A stretch of 16,873 bases of DNA, taken from assembly GCA_964549355.1 (NCBI GenBank), contig CAZJUS010000018.1, positions 1 through 16,873 of the forward strand, read 5' to 3'. This DNA is from Candidatus Undinarchaeota archaeon (GTDB lineage Archaea > SpSt-1190). The notes below the pieces were generated by a model that did not search any database, was not told the DNA's origin, and worked only from the letters and a program-made list of their open reading frames with translations. The position numbers and the translations under genes were made by a program. Positions 6,433 to 15,419 of this stretch are shown here, piece by piece (positions within the stretch are counted from its first letter, which is position 1; every line of letters starts with the position of its first letter).

Positions 6433-6714
6433 TTATCCGCGGTTGAAGACTCTGCTCAGGTTTTCTATGGCCACTGCAACATCCCGCCCGAAAGTGGTCA
6501 GTTCTATTATTTTTATCCGGCCGGCCTTCTTGAAGGTGATCAGCTTCAGCGCAACCATCTGCTGGACTATACGGACGCAGTGCGAGTAGGTGCAGTCGAC
6601 TTCTTTGGCCAAAATTGAAGCGTATGTCTTGCCGTTGCCCTCCTTTATCTTGATGAGCATCTCCGCTGGCTTTTTGTGGAGGAATAGATTGTGGAGTCGA
6701 CTTTGATTCTTCAT
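6433..6714 (-). CDS. MarR-like winged-HTH protein, 93 aa (conserved archaeal family)
   Basis: YASILAKEVDCTYSHCVRIVQQM..LITFKKAGRIKIIELTTFGRDVA has the MarR wing motif GR..I.LT..G. TATA TTTATTAA at 6745-6738 suggests a leaderless transcript. Confidence 0.88.
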   Translation of the reverse strand: MKNQSRLHNLFLHKKPAEMLIKIKEGNGKTYASILAKEVDCTYSHCVRIVQQMVALKLITFKKAGRIKIIELTTFGRDVAVAIENLSRVFNRG

Positions 6715-6789
6715 CAGCGAACCAATTCCGGAATGTTTTAATAAATAGTGTATATTAGATAATATATATTTGGGTGCAATTAACCTTTC

Positions 6790-7806
6790 TTATTTTGGAA
6801 TGAACTTGCCTGCTAACTTTACCATAATAACAACAAACGAACCCAATATTGTAGTGGTGATAACATATGACAACGGATAAGTGGTATCCAAAAGCCAGGT
6901 GCCGAAGTATTTGAAGACCAGGGTGACAACGCCGAGGCTCACGCCCATGGTCACGTAGTCGTAGGCCCTTTTGCGGTCTGGAAGGGCATCCACGGCCAGG
7001 CCCAGCAGCACAAACAGCATGCCGTAGAAGAACGGCTGTGATGCAGCAAGCAGTATGTTTGCAAAGCGGACCACTATGGTCTGCCCGCCTGCTTCGACTG
7101 CCTTGACCAGGGTGATTATGAACAAGACTATGGAAAGCAGGTAGAGCAGGAATGAAATGCTCAGCGAGACAAAGGACTCCTTGATGTATTTGAACAAGGC
7201 CACAATCCTGCTCTCAAGCTTGAGGGCGCGGATGGTCAGGTAGCCCCCGAGCACCCCGAGCGATATCCTCCAGCCCGGCGCCCCAAAGAAGGCGAACATC
7301 AGCAGGGCCAGGGCGGGCAGGCCGAAGACATACTTGGCCATGCTTATATCCTCCGAAGCCCTTGAGAAGAAGCTCTTTAATGTGTAGAAGGCGCCCTTCA
7401 GCTCTTGGCCGGAGTCCACCACCAGGCGCTGTATGCTGATTATGGATACCTTCCTTTCGATGATGGGCGCCAGCATTTCGTCCTCTTTCCCGTCCCCCAC
7501 CAGGATGGCCCCGTCGGCCGGGAATTTTTTGAGTACCTTGTCCAGCTGTTTGCCTATGATCCTGTCGCTCTCATAGCCCACCTTGGTTGAGCCGGTCAGG
7601 ACTGCAACCTCCTTTTTCCTTTCCTTGATTTCGTCGAAAGTCTTGAGGGCTGAGAACATGGCGTTGGCATCTGTTTCGGAAGGGTCCTTCCTCAACAGCC
7701 TGACCGCTGCTTCAGAGACTGCCTTCTCCCCAATAACCGGCCCCTTGATGCCGGCTTTCCGGCCAAGGTCGTTGTCGCGATCCACGCACAGGATTAAAAC
7801 TTTCAT
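6790..7806 (-). CDS. DUF373 (COG2237) family membrane protein
   Basis: N-terminal LILCVDRDNDLGRKAGIKGPVIG, DPSETDAN and DGKEDE motifs, then several TM helices. ATGA overlap with the upstream histone. Confidence 0.92.
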   Translation of the reverse strand: MKVLILCVDRDNDLGRKAGIKGPVIGEKAVSEAAVRLLRKDPSETDANAMFSALKTFDEIKERKKEVAVLTGSTKVGYESDRIIGKQLDKVLKKFPADGAILVGDGKEDEMLAPIIERKVSIISIQRLVVDSGQELKGAFYTLKSFFSRASEDISMAKYVFGLPALALLMFAFFGAPGWRISLGVLGGYLTIRALKLESRIVALFKYIKESFVSLSISFLLYLLSIVLFIITLVKAVEAGGQTIVVRFANILLAASQPFFYGMLFVLLGLAVDALPDRKRAYDYVTMGVSLGVVTLVFKYFGTWLLDTTYPLSYVITTTILGSFVVIMVKLAGKFIPK

Positions 7807-8015
7807 TCTGATGCAGCTATTTCAATGTCGGCCCGCTTGATAGTGCTCCTCTTGGCATATTTCATATACCTGACCGACCTTCGTGCAATGTCCTCGGATA
7901 TTTCTGAGAGCAGAGTCTCAAGGGCGACTATGGCTTCAGGGCTGATGCGCTCTGCGCCCGCCTTCTTCATGAGTCTCTCAACAGCAGCAATGGGAATTGC
8001 CCGTTTCTTGGTCAT
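7803..8015 (-). CDS. Archaeal histone, HMf/HTk type, 70 aa
   Basis: IPIAAVERLMKKAGAERIS..IARRSVRYMKYAKRSTIKRADIEIA aligns without gaps to HMfB. TATA TTATATAT at 8044-8037. Confidence 0.95.
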   Translation of the reverse strand: MTKKRAIPIAAVERLMKKAGAERISPEAIVALETLLSEISEDIARRSVRYMKYAKRSTIKRADIEIAASE

Positions 8016-8064
8016 GCTCTTAGTAGAATGGAAGCTATATATAACTTATCGGCGGTCCTCCGCA

Positions 8065-9672
8065 CTATTCGAAAGTGAAGCAGCCGTTGGCTTTTTTGAA
8101 CATTTCAAGCCCGCGGTTGAGCAGTTCATTGGCATAGCCTGCAGCCCTCAAATTGTAAGTCCAGTCAATATTGTTTTTGTTGGGCTTGAAGTCTATTCCT
8201 AAAATTTTAAGGCTGTCCGTCAGGGCAGTCGCCAATTTCACCTTTTCCATCCGCACTTTTTCCTTGTTGTCGAATTTGACGGTGCCTTCGCTTTCCCCTT
8301 TCAATACTTTGAGCTCGTCCACATCGAAAATCTTCCTGATGTCCATTTCACTCATTGCACCCGAATCGACCATTATTTTCACCAGGTTGTTTGAGCCCTT
8401 GTTCAAGTAATGGACCAGGGCTGCATAGTCGTCTTTCCGCATATACCCGCACATATTGAGGAAGCTCACGCCCGCAAATTTTTTCTGGAGCTCCACAGTG
8501 CTTACGACATCAATATGGGTGAGTATCATGGGAATCCACGGCCGGCACCTTTCCATTATTTCAGGCCGGTTTCTGTCTGCTGCGAATATGTACTCCATCG
8601 AAGTCATCTCCCGGGGCGTGTGCCTGAATGAAAAATCAGGAATGAGACTCTCCATGGTCGACGCATCCATTTTCAGCCTCTGCGCATTGTGGATGGCGTC
8701 GGCCGCCCATTTCATATACATCTTCAGATTGGTTTTCTGGTATATTAAATTCGCCATCACCCTGTCCCGCGATTTCCTGATCCACGATGAGTAGTGCGTC
8801 ACCCAATTCCAGAATTCTTCGACCTTGCTCTTGAGATGGTTCGCAATGGCAGGGTTCATCTGCTCGGCCTTCACAAGGTCGTCAATCTGCTTGAGCTGGT
8901 CCTTTTTGTTTATTTTTGAAACTCTTTTTATTTCGTCCCCGAGTTCGTCCGACTTTTTGCTGAGCTTCTTGGCTTCTTTGGCATCGGATGCAGTGCTCAT
9001 TTTTATGGAGAAGTACTCTTTGAACGGGGCCCGCTCTTTGGTCTTGAGCCTCAAAAACCATGTCATGGACATGCGCACCAAAGGGACCTGGCGTGCTATT
9101 GCCGTCCAGCTTCTGTCCGGTCCGCCGTAGTTGTCTATGAAAAGCCATTTGATTTTCTCCCAATCCCCATCCTTGAAAGCAGTGCGCTGTTCATTCAGCT
9201 TCTCCAAATCCGTTTCTATATTCAGTATTGCAGTCTTGATGTTTTGTATAGTGGTCAGCAATTCCTTGGCTTGATTTTTCTGGAAGCTTTCCTTCTGCAG
9301 CATATTGCCGTGCAGCTGGGAGGCTTCGGAGTAGGCGAAATTCTCGAACAGCTTGATGGGGGTGAGCTTCAGGCCGCCGACGCCTTGGAAGGTATCCATC
9401 CAGCTCCGGAGGACGTCCTCCACTGACAGGTTGTGGCCCTCAATTGCAATTGCGCGGGGCTGGTGCGGCGGTTCAAGGCCGAATATCGCATCTCCAACAG
9501 TGCCATGGTCATACCAGTGTCGTTGGATGGGGCCCCTCAGGGCCTGCACCGGAGGTTTTTTCCTTGTGGGCGCCCCGCCGGGCGAAGTGTCCATCCCGGT
9601 CAAATAATAAATCGAGAGCTTTGAAGTCCCGTTTTTTACCGGCTCCAGCCACTTGGGGGTCTTGTCAGCCAC
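8065..9672 (-). CDS. Conserved hypothetical helical/coiled-coil protein, ~535 aa
   Basis: Long ORF with heptad segments (AKELLTTIQNIKTAILNIETDLEKLNEQ). It resembles an uncharacterised DPANN family from memory (ENFA.S..S, K.EEF..W, LK.Y..WA, terminal FKKA.G). Start is uncertain: ATG 9696 lies within the TATA box, so GTG 9672 is preferred, with ATG 9594 possible. Confidence 0.8.
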   Translation of the reverse strand: MADKTPKWLEPVKNGTSKLSIYYLTGMDTSPGGAPTRKKPPVQALRGPIQRHWYDHGTVGDAIFGLEPPHQPRAIAIEGHNLSVEDVLRSWMDTFQGVGGLKLTPIKLFENFAYSEASQLHGNMLQKESFQKNQAKELLTTIQNIKTAILNIETDLEKLNEQRTAFKDGDWEKIKWLFIDNYGGPDRSWTAIARQVPLVRMSMTWFLRLKTKERAPFKEYFSIKMSTASDAKEAKKLSKKSDELGDEIKRVSKINKKDQLKQIDDLVKAEQMNPAIANHLKSKVEEFWNWVTHYSSWIRKSRDRVMANLIYQKTNLKMYMKWAADAIHNAQRLKMDASTMESLIPDFSFRHTPREMTSMEYIFAADRNRPEIMERCRPWIPMILTHIDVVSTVELQKKFAGVSFLNMCGYMRKDDYAALVHYLNKGSNNLVKIMVDSGAMSEMDIRKIFDVDELKVLKGESEGTVKFDNKEKVRMEKVKLATALTDSLKILGIDFKPNKNNIDWTYNLRAAGYANELLNRGLEMFKKANGCFTFE

Positions 9673-9694
9673 AATACCTATGCGAATCGGGAGC

Positions 9695-9702
9695 ATTTAA
9701 AT
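9695..9702. promoter_or_regulatory. Palindromic TATA ATTTAAAT, candidate bidirectional promoter
   Basis: The only TATA-like element in the 60 bp between divergent starts 9672 (-) and 9733 (+). Confidence 0.55.
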
Positions 9703-9732
9703 CTTGCTTTGGGTGAATTTCAGAGGGATACA

Positions 9733-10032
9733 ATGAAAGGGTTCTGGACTTTGGAAGTGATATTCGTGGTTTTTTTGATGCCTTTGCTGATGTTCGTGGC
9801 TTCGACTGAGCCCCCCACAATTCCGCGCGAAACTGCAGAATTCGTACAGGACATCGCCCAGCTTTTTATGTACGGCCACAGCCCTTCCGAACTGCCGGAC
9901 CTGCAGGGCAGATATACCGTATGGATTGGCGGGGAGCAGTTTTTCCCCTGCGACTATGTCTTCCGATACTGCACGGAGAGGCTTGTGGACCGAAAGGAGG
10001 TGAGGATATGCGCCGCGGCATGTTCAACCTGA
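9733..10032 (+). CDS. Type IV pilin-like protein (class III signal peptide), 99 aa
   Basis: MKG|FWTLE + hydrophobic helix: Lys-Gly at -2/-1, Phe +1 and Glu +5. Four C-terminal Cys. Confidence 0.7.
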   Translation: MKGFWTLEVIFVVFLMPLLMFVASTEPPTIPRETAEFVQDIAQLFMYGHSPSELPDLQGRYTVWIGGEQFFPCDYVFRYCTERLVDRKEVRICAAACST

Positions 10033-10469
10033 TTTTGTTCATGCTGATGGCATCCACCACAGTCAGCCTCTATTCCCTTCATCGACAGCTGGTTTTTCAG
10101 GAGCTCAGGAACCAGGCAATGTATCTCGATGCCGAGGAGCTTTTTTACAAGGCCCGGAATTTTGAATGGGATTTCCACACGTCCGTCCATTCAAAGCAGG
10201 ATGTCCTTTCATGGCGCCGGAGATGGAATTCCGAGCAGGCCCCCATCATTTACGGATACTTTTCACAGCAGGGCATGGAATGCGTGCAGGTTGACGAGCC
10301 GTTTGAGCAGTTTGTGAATCAGGTTTTCAGGGCTGAGAATCAGACGGTATTCATGGAGTCATACGGAGCTTACAGGAGCTGCATCATCCTCCCGCTCGAA
10401 AAAGGAGGTTTTAAAACTTTCGGCGTCTTGAAATCTCCGATATGCGTTGGATGCAACTTGGTGCAGTGA
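10008..10469 (+). CDS. Pilin-like/N-terminally anchored protein (probable class III signal), 153 aa
   Basis: Perfect Shine-Dalgarno GGAGGTGA before ATG 10008. MRRG|MFNLILFMLM hydrophobic helix. Four Cys. Overlaps both neighbours. Confidence 0.65.
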   Translation: MRRGMFNLILFMLMASTTVSLYSLHRQLVFQELRNQAMYLDAEELFYKARNFEWDFHTSVHSKQDVLSWRRRWNSEQAPIIYGYFSQQGMECVQVDEPFEQFVNQVFRAENQTVFMESYGAYRSCIILPLEKGGFKTFGVLKSPICVGCNLVQ

Positions 10470-11485
10470 CATGCATTGCGCTCCTGATGAGCCCTGTTTT
10501 TGCCTTTTGCCTTGCTCCGAACGCTGCCAGATTTTTTGAAGAGCACAAAGCCCTCGACTACCGGATGGACCCGAAGCTGGCCGCCATGACTGCCATTGAT
10601 TTGAGCGACAGGGTCGAGTACGGCGCCACGCGCACCTTTTGTCCGAAGCAGATTAAAAAAGGGGTGACCAATTTTTTGAAGCTTGCCGTCATGAAGAAAC
10701 TTTCAATTCTTTATGTGCAGAACAATCTTTTTGTCTTTGCTGCAGCCACCCTGCCTGAAATTTTCGAAGAAGCGCTTTCACCGAAAGCAATGGGCTACCG
10801 ATCCGTCCGCGAAGCCATGGCGTCCGCAATTTCGACAGCCCCCGCCAACAATGTGGATTGTGAATCCATTGACAAAGCAGCAGAGCTTTACAGCCAATAT
10901 ACTTACAGCAGATACGTTTCTGATGTCTGCAAAGGGGGCAACACACTCAAGGATATCCTGGCCCTGGTCAAGCCCCCAAAGTCAAACGGCGGGGCAATTG
11001 CGGTGGAGGATTTTGAAGCTGCAAGGCATGTCAACTATTTCATGGAAAATTATCTCAAATCAGAGCACCCAAACATGTGCTATCCATGCCTGGAGGAGTG
11101 GATGCGGACGGCCAAGCTCAACGAGGACAGCATCCTTGCATATTCCATCGCCGAGGTAATGAAAGAATGCCCAATTACATATCAAGTGGGGAACAAGACT
11201 ATGCAGCTGTCAAAGATGGAAGGCGGGGTGGCGTTCCTTACAGACGGAGAAACAGAAGTGCCCGCTTTCAGCACTGGAGAAATTTTCCAAAATCTGCTGA
11301 ACGATTCAATTTTCGGCCCCTTTCCCGGAAAGGACGACGACATGATAATTGAACTCAAGCCGGGAGCTACTTATGTCGATTCTTCGGAAAGCCCCAAAAA
11401 ACTTTCTGTTTCACTCCTGGCATCAATAGCTTCCCTTGCAATCTTGGGGTATTTTGTCTGGAGGCGCCGGGATGAGGGTGCATAG
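10442..11485 (+). CDS. Secreted, C-terminally membrane-anchored hypothetical protein, 347 aa
   Basis: Sec-type signal peptide (..LLMSPVFA|F), several Cys, and a C-terminal TM helix followed by WRRR. Confidence 0.8.
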   Translation: MRWMQLGAVTCIALLMSPVFAFCLAPNAARFFEEHKALDYRMDPKLAAMTAIDLSDRVEYGATRTFCPKQIKKGVTNFLKLAVMKKLSILYVQNNLFVFAAATLPEIFEEALSPKAMGYRSVREAMASAISTAPANNVDCESIDKAAELYSQYTYSRYVSDVCKGGNTLKDILALVKPPKSNGGAIAVEDFEAARHVNYFMENYLKSEHPNMCYPCLEEWMRTAKLNEDSILAYSIAEVMKECPITYQVGNKTMQLSKMEGGVAFLTDGETEVPAFSTGEIFQNLLNDSIFGPFPGKDDDMIIELKPGATYVDSSESPKKLSVSLLASIASLAILGYFVWRRRDEGA

Positions 11486-14400
11486 GTTTTTCCTGGTTTT
11501 ATTTTTGGTTGCTCCTGCTTTTTCATCCCATTTTGATGATATGGCCGTTCAAATTTCCAAAGATCCGCAACTCATGATTGAATTTGGAAGTATTCTTCAA
11601 TCAATACCTGAGCTTCATTCACTCCCGCATCCCAGCGAAATGGGTGTGGCGGGGGGTGCTTTAGAAATGTATGAACGTGCTTTCAGCAATTTTCAAAGAT
11701 TGTCGCAAACGGGGGGCGATCTAAAGAAACTCGGGGCGGAAATTAGTGAACGGGGGATAATGCTGAAAAATAATTGGGTCCGAAGATTTTTGTCTGAATT
11801 TTTTTCAGAAATTCACAACTCGGATGCCGGGAAAATTAAAACTGCACTCGAAAAGCGGGACAGATACATTCAAGAATACAACAAACTCTCCGAATTCAAC
11901 CCCGGCCGATTTTTTTCTGTTTTGGATGGCCAAGAGGGGCTGTCCAGGTTTGCGGGGCGCATTACTATCAACGGGCAGACGTACAACCTCCTGAAATCCA
12001 ACTCTAAACGCATAATTGCCCCAGCAAATTTCAAAGAAAGCGCCGAGCTGTTGCCTGCCCCCGGAGCGTTTTCAGAATCGTCCTGCACTTTTCGTTTGGT
12101 GCGCGCATCTTCATATATTGACGCAACTGCTCCGGAATATTTTCAAGAAATTTATTTGTTTGGGGCTCCAATAAACTGCGACAGCAATGTTTTTGTTCCA
12201 AAGGCCACCGCAGAGGCGTTTGTGAATTCACTTGAAATTGACGGCAAATACTTGGATGATACTTCTGAGTTTTTGTCGGAAGTCTTTGATTTTCTAAAAG
12301 GGAGCAAGAAATATTTGGACTCGCGAAGAAAAGATTTGTTCGCCTCCCTGGAAAAAACTGCAAGAGAAATTGAAGAGTTAAAATCTGCAGGCATATCCGC
12401 GCTGAATTCCAGTGAAGTTTTGGCTGCGTTGGACATAGTTCAGGTTTCCAAAGGAATGGTTGCGGTGATTTCCAACGAAAACCCTCTGGTTGCAATCGCC
12501 AACTCGTCAAATAGATTTGAGGCCGTTCACAATTTACTGACCTCATGCACTTCTTTGGGCGACTGCCTCGAAAAACAAGACAATGCTGAAATGTTGCTCC
12601 ATGAATTGGAGTTGGACGCCGAATACGTTTCAAAAAGTCTTGACGAATTTAAAACGCTCTTTGAAGGGAAATGTGAATTTTATGTAAAAGCTTCAAATTC
12701 CAACGTTTCCTGTGCGTTTTACGGGCCGCGGGGCTACGTTTTGAGAAAAACGGCCGGAAGCCTTGCCAACGCATATGCCGATTATCTGCTTTTCAGCGGA
12801 CAAACAGCGGAAGCCTTCGGCGTCCTGAAACAGTCCTGCCAAGCCGGCCTGAACGACTTGGAAACTTTGCTCATGAGCACAGAGCCTTTTATTTCCCGTG
12901 ATTTCCTGGTGAAGCAGTTATCGCGGATTTCGAATTTTTACGATGCGATTCGGATAAGCTCTGATGTCGAGGAACTTCAGGCTTTACTGCGCGACATTGG
13001 CAATGCCCGGCACGACATAGAAAAGAAATTTTTTGTTGATAATGCTGATTTAGCTGAAGAGATTCGGCAGAAACTGCTGTGGTACTCCGAATTTTCAGAT
13101 TTTTTGGATATTGATCTGGAGATTCCTGATTTAGTGAATTCACCGGTGTCCGCATTTTCAGATTTTGTCCCGAAATTGGTGGCATTGCTTGAATTTAAGG
13201 ATGAGCTTTCTGATTTGGAGTTGAGAATGCAATCAAAAACAGACGAGTATTTCAGCGATATTCCAAGCAAAATCCAATGTGGACCTGAAGTCCCTCCGCT
13301 GGGAAGAGAATTCACAGTCCAGTGTAAGCTGGAAGTGAACAACACATATCCGGGAAAAATTTCCGAAGCGTTTGTGATTGACGAGTTGACTTATCCAGCC
13401 GTAAAAGCTTTGGATTCACGAAACCTGGTCTCCGGCGATTTATCTGCAGTCGAGTCTGCAGTGGGCAAAGGAACAAACATCAAAATCAAAGTTAAAAATG
13501 TGCAGGGTCCGTTGTTTTTTGAAATCCGTTATGCCTCCTCCCTTCCGCAGGCATCCTATGGGCTGTACAATGAAACTATGCACGGGGCCGTCTATGAAGC
13601 ATATTACTCTGTTGAACCCGACTGCTCTACTGAAACTGCTTATCTTTTTATGCCTCATCCTCTGAACGGATTCAAGATGAATGCTTCACACGAATATTTT
13701 TTTGACGGCAAGGATATTGCTGTGAAAGTGTTTTGCGGGCAGAAACAAATGCTGAAGTTTTCCGGAAAAGCAATATCGATTAAAGTGAACGGAAATGACT
13801 TGGTCCTTGAAAATGTATTGGGCAAACCTATTCAGACCAATCTCTCCCTCCCATATGAACCCGGCTTCTCAGTTGATTCTGAATTTTTTGTAATCAACGA
13901 CAGTGTCGTAATCCCGATAAATGTCACGGACAAAAAAACAATGAAAATTTTCACTGAGGTTCCGGATTCCCCGCTGTTGCGGGACAATACCTCCGGCAGG
14001 TGGCAGACAGAGGTTGCCGACGATTCTTTTGTAGAGTTTTCAGGTTTGAATTTTACTGGGGATTTGCGCGCGGCTGCCCAAGAAGCACTGAAAAGAATGG
14101 CACCCGTCCATTTGGGGTGTGTGGAAAAGGACATCGTGAAGGATGTCGTAAGCCGGTTCACTGTCCCTGCCATTGAATGTATTGTTGTGGGTGAAGCGGT
14201 TTATCAGGAGGCGGTTGATTTATTTGAGAACGAGGATTACAACGCTGTTCTTGAACTTTACCGGAAGCGCCCCATATTTCGGGATGCTGAGTTTTACCTT
14301 GCCAATGCTGCCAAATACCGGAAGGAAGCCGAGGATGCCATTGTGTTTGCCAAGAGCAGCCTGGAGGGCCCGGTTGCAAGGAGGCGCTCCCAGCCCTATG

Positions 14401-14582
14401 TAGATATGGCTTCCGATGCATATGCCAAAAAAGATTATATTTCGGCGGTTTACTATGCGAAATACGCAACAATCAAAGCCCCGCTCGGATTGGCCTTCAA
14501 CTGGAGGCTCGTGCTGGCGCTTGCCCTGGTGGCAGTAGGCGTATGGTCCCAGACGCGGAAGAAACAGGAGCCGCTACTTTGA
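11472..14582 (+). CDS. Large secreted, C-terminally anchored surface protein, ~1036 aa
   Basis: Start ATG 11472 gives the signal peptide MRVHRFFLVLFLVAPAFS. It has a helical N-half, a beta-rich middle with many N-x-S/T sequons, a helical stalk, and a TM helix followed by RKK. Confidence 0.85.
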   Translation: MRVHRFFLVLFLVAPAFSSHFDDMAVQISKDPQLMIEFGSILQSIPELHSLPHPSEMGVAGGALEMYERAFSNFQRLSQTGGDLKKLGAEISERGIMLKNNWVRRFLSEFFSEIHNSDAGKIKTALEKRDRYIQEYNKLSEFNPGRFFSVLDGQEGLSRFAGRITINGQTYNLLKSNSKRIIAPANFKESAELLPAPGAFSESSCTFRLVRASSYIDATAPEYFQEIYLFGAPINCDSNVFVPKATAEAFVNSLEIDGKYLDDTSEFLSEVFDFLKGSKKYLDSRRKDLFASLEKTAREIEELKSAGISALNSSEVLAALDIVQVSKGMVAVISNENPLVAIANSSNRFEAVHNLLTSCTSLGDCLEKQDNAEMLLHELELDAEYVSKSLDEFKTLFEGKCEFYVKASNSNVSCAFYGPRGYVLRKTAGSLANAYADYLLFSGQTAEAFGVLKQSCQAGLNDLETLLMSTEPFISRDFLVKQLSRISNFYDAIRISSDVEELQALLRDIGNARHDIEKKFFVDNADLAEEIRQKLLWYSEFSDFLDIDLEIPDLVNSPVSAFSDFVPKLVALLEFKDELSDLELRMQSKTDEYFSDIPSKIQCGPEVPPLGREFTVQCKLEVNNTYPGKISEAFVIDELTYPAVKALDSRNLVSGDLSAVESAVGKGTNIKIKVKNVQGPLFFEIRYASSLPQASYGLYNETMHGAVYEAYYSVEPDCSTETAYLFMPHPLNGFKMNASHEYFFDGKDIAVKVFCGQKQMLKFSGKAISIKVNGNDLVLENVLGKPIQTNLSLPYEPGFSVDSEFFVINDSVVIPINVTDKKTMKIFTEVPDSPLLRDNTSGRWQTEVADDSFVEFSGLNFTGDLRAAAQEALKRMAPVHLGCVEKDIVKDVVSRFTVPAIECIVVGEAVYQEAVDLFENEDYNAVLELYRKRPIFRDAEFYLANAAKYRKEAEDAIVFAKSSLEGPVARRRSQPYVDMASDAYAKKDYISAVYYAKYATIKAPLGLAFNWRLVLALALVAVGVWSQTRKKQEPLL

Positions 14583-15419
14583 TTTCGGCCTGCCCACCCA
14601 GACCCAAAACAAAATTCCAATAAAGAATCCGAACCACAAGGTGGTCATGCGTATGGTCAGCGTGGCCAGTGATGCAAGGGACTTGTTCATGCCGTACTGC
14701 ATTAGGATTCCCGCAAGCCCCACTTCAGCAGTCCCGATTCCCCCCGGAGTCATAGAGATATTGCCGAGGAGGGTTGCCCCTGCAAAGGCAAATGCAGCCT
14801 GGAAGAAATTAAGCGGAAAATTCACAAAATGCGAAAGAATGACGATTTCCAAAACTTCAAAAGCCCACGCAAGCGGGGACAGCAGGGTGCAAAGTGAAAT
14901 CAACTTCAAATCCCCAAGTTTTTCCAATTCACTTTCTATGAATTTTATTTTGTTCCTGAAAAGATACAAGATGAGCAGGACGATGGGAAGGCCCCCTGCC
15001 AAAATCAAAAGCCGGCCCGTATAATTTATTGCGACCCACACAGCTCCAATCAAGCCGATGATTGCCATGCCGATTATGTCAAAAATTCTTTCCACTACTA
15101 CAGTGAATACAACAGGCTTCCTTCTGAAGCCGAACTTGCTTTTCATCAATTCAGCCTTGGCGACCTCCCCCATTTTTCCTGGGGTCACCACGAATGCGAG
15201 CCCTGCCACATACGTCCTGAAGGCGTCCCACATCGACAGGTGCATGGCCTGCCTGTCCATCAGCAGCTTCCACCTGAGCGCGCGGAAAAAATAGCCTGCC
15301 AGCGTAATGCCCGAAAGCAGCAGGAGCCATACTGGGTTCGGGAACTGCTTTACATCGCCCAGAAAAACTAAGAATCCATAGAGGATTGCGACCCCGAAGA
15401 CTGCCAGCAGTTTACGCAT
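14574..15419 (-). CDS. UPF0104 / lysylphosphatidylglycerol-synthase TM (flippase-like) protein
   Basis: Motifs RALRWKLL, TPGKMGEVAKA, VERIFD, TPGGIGTAE and IRMTTLWF. Polytopic membrane protein. Confidence 0.9.
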   Translation of the reverse strand: MRKLLAVFGVAILYGFLVFLGDVKQFPNPVWLLLLSGITLAGYFFRALRWKLLMDRQAMHLSMWDAFRTYVAGLAFVVTPGKMGEVAKAELMKSKFGFRRKPVVFTVVVERIFDIIGMAIIGLIGAVWVAINYTGRLLILAGGLPIVLLILYLFRNKIKFIESELEKLGDLKLISLCTLLSPLAWAFEVLEIVILSHFVNFPLNFFQAAFAFAGATLLGNISMTPGGIGTAEVGLAGILMQYGMNKSLASLATLTIRMTTLWFGFFIGILFWVWVGRPKSK

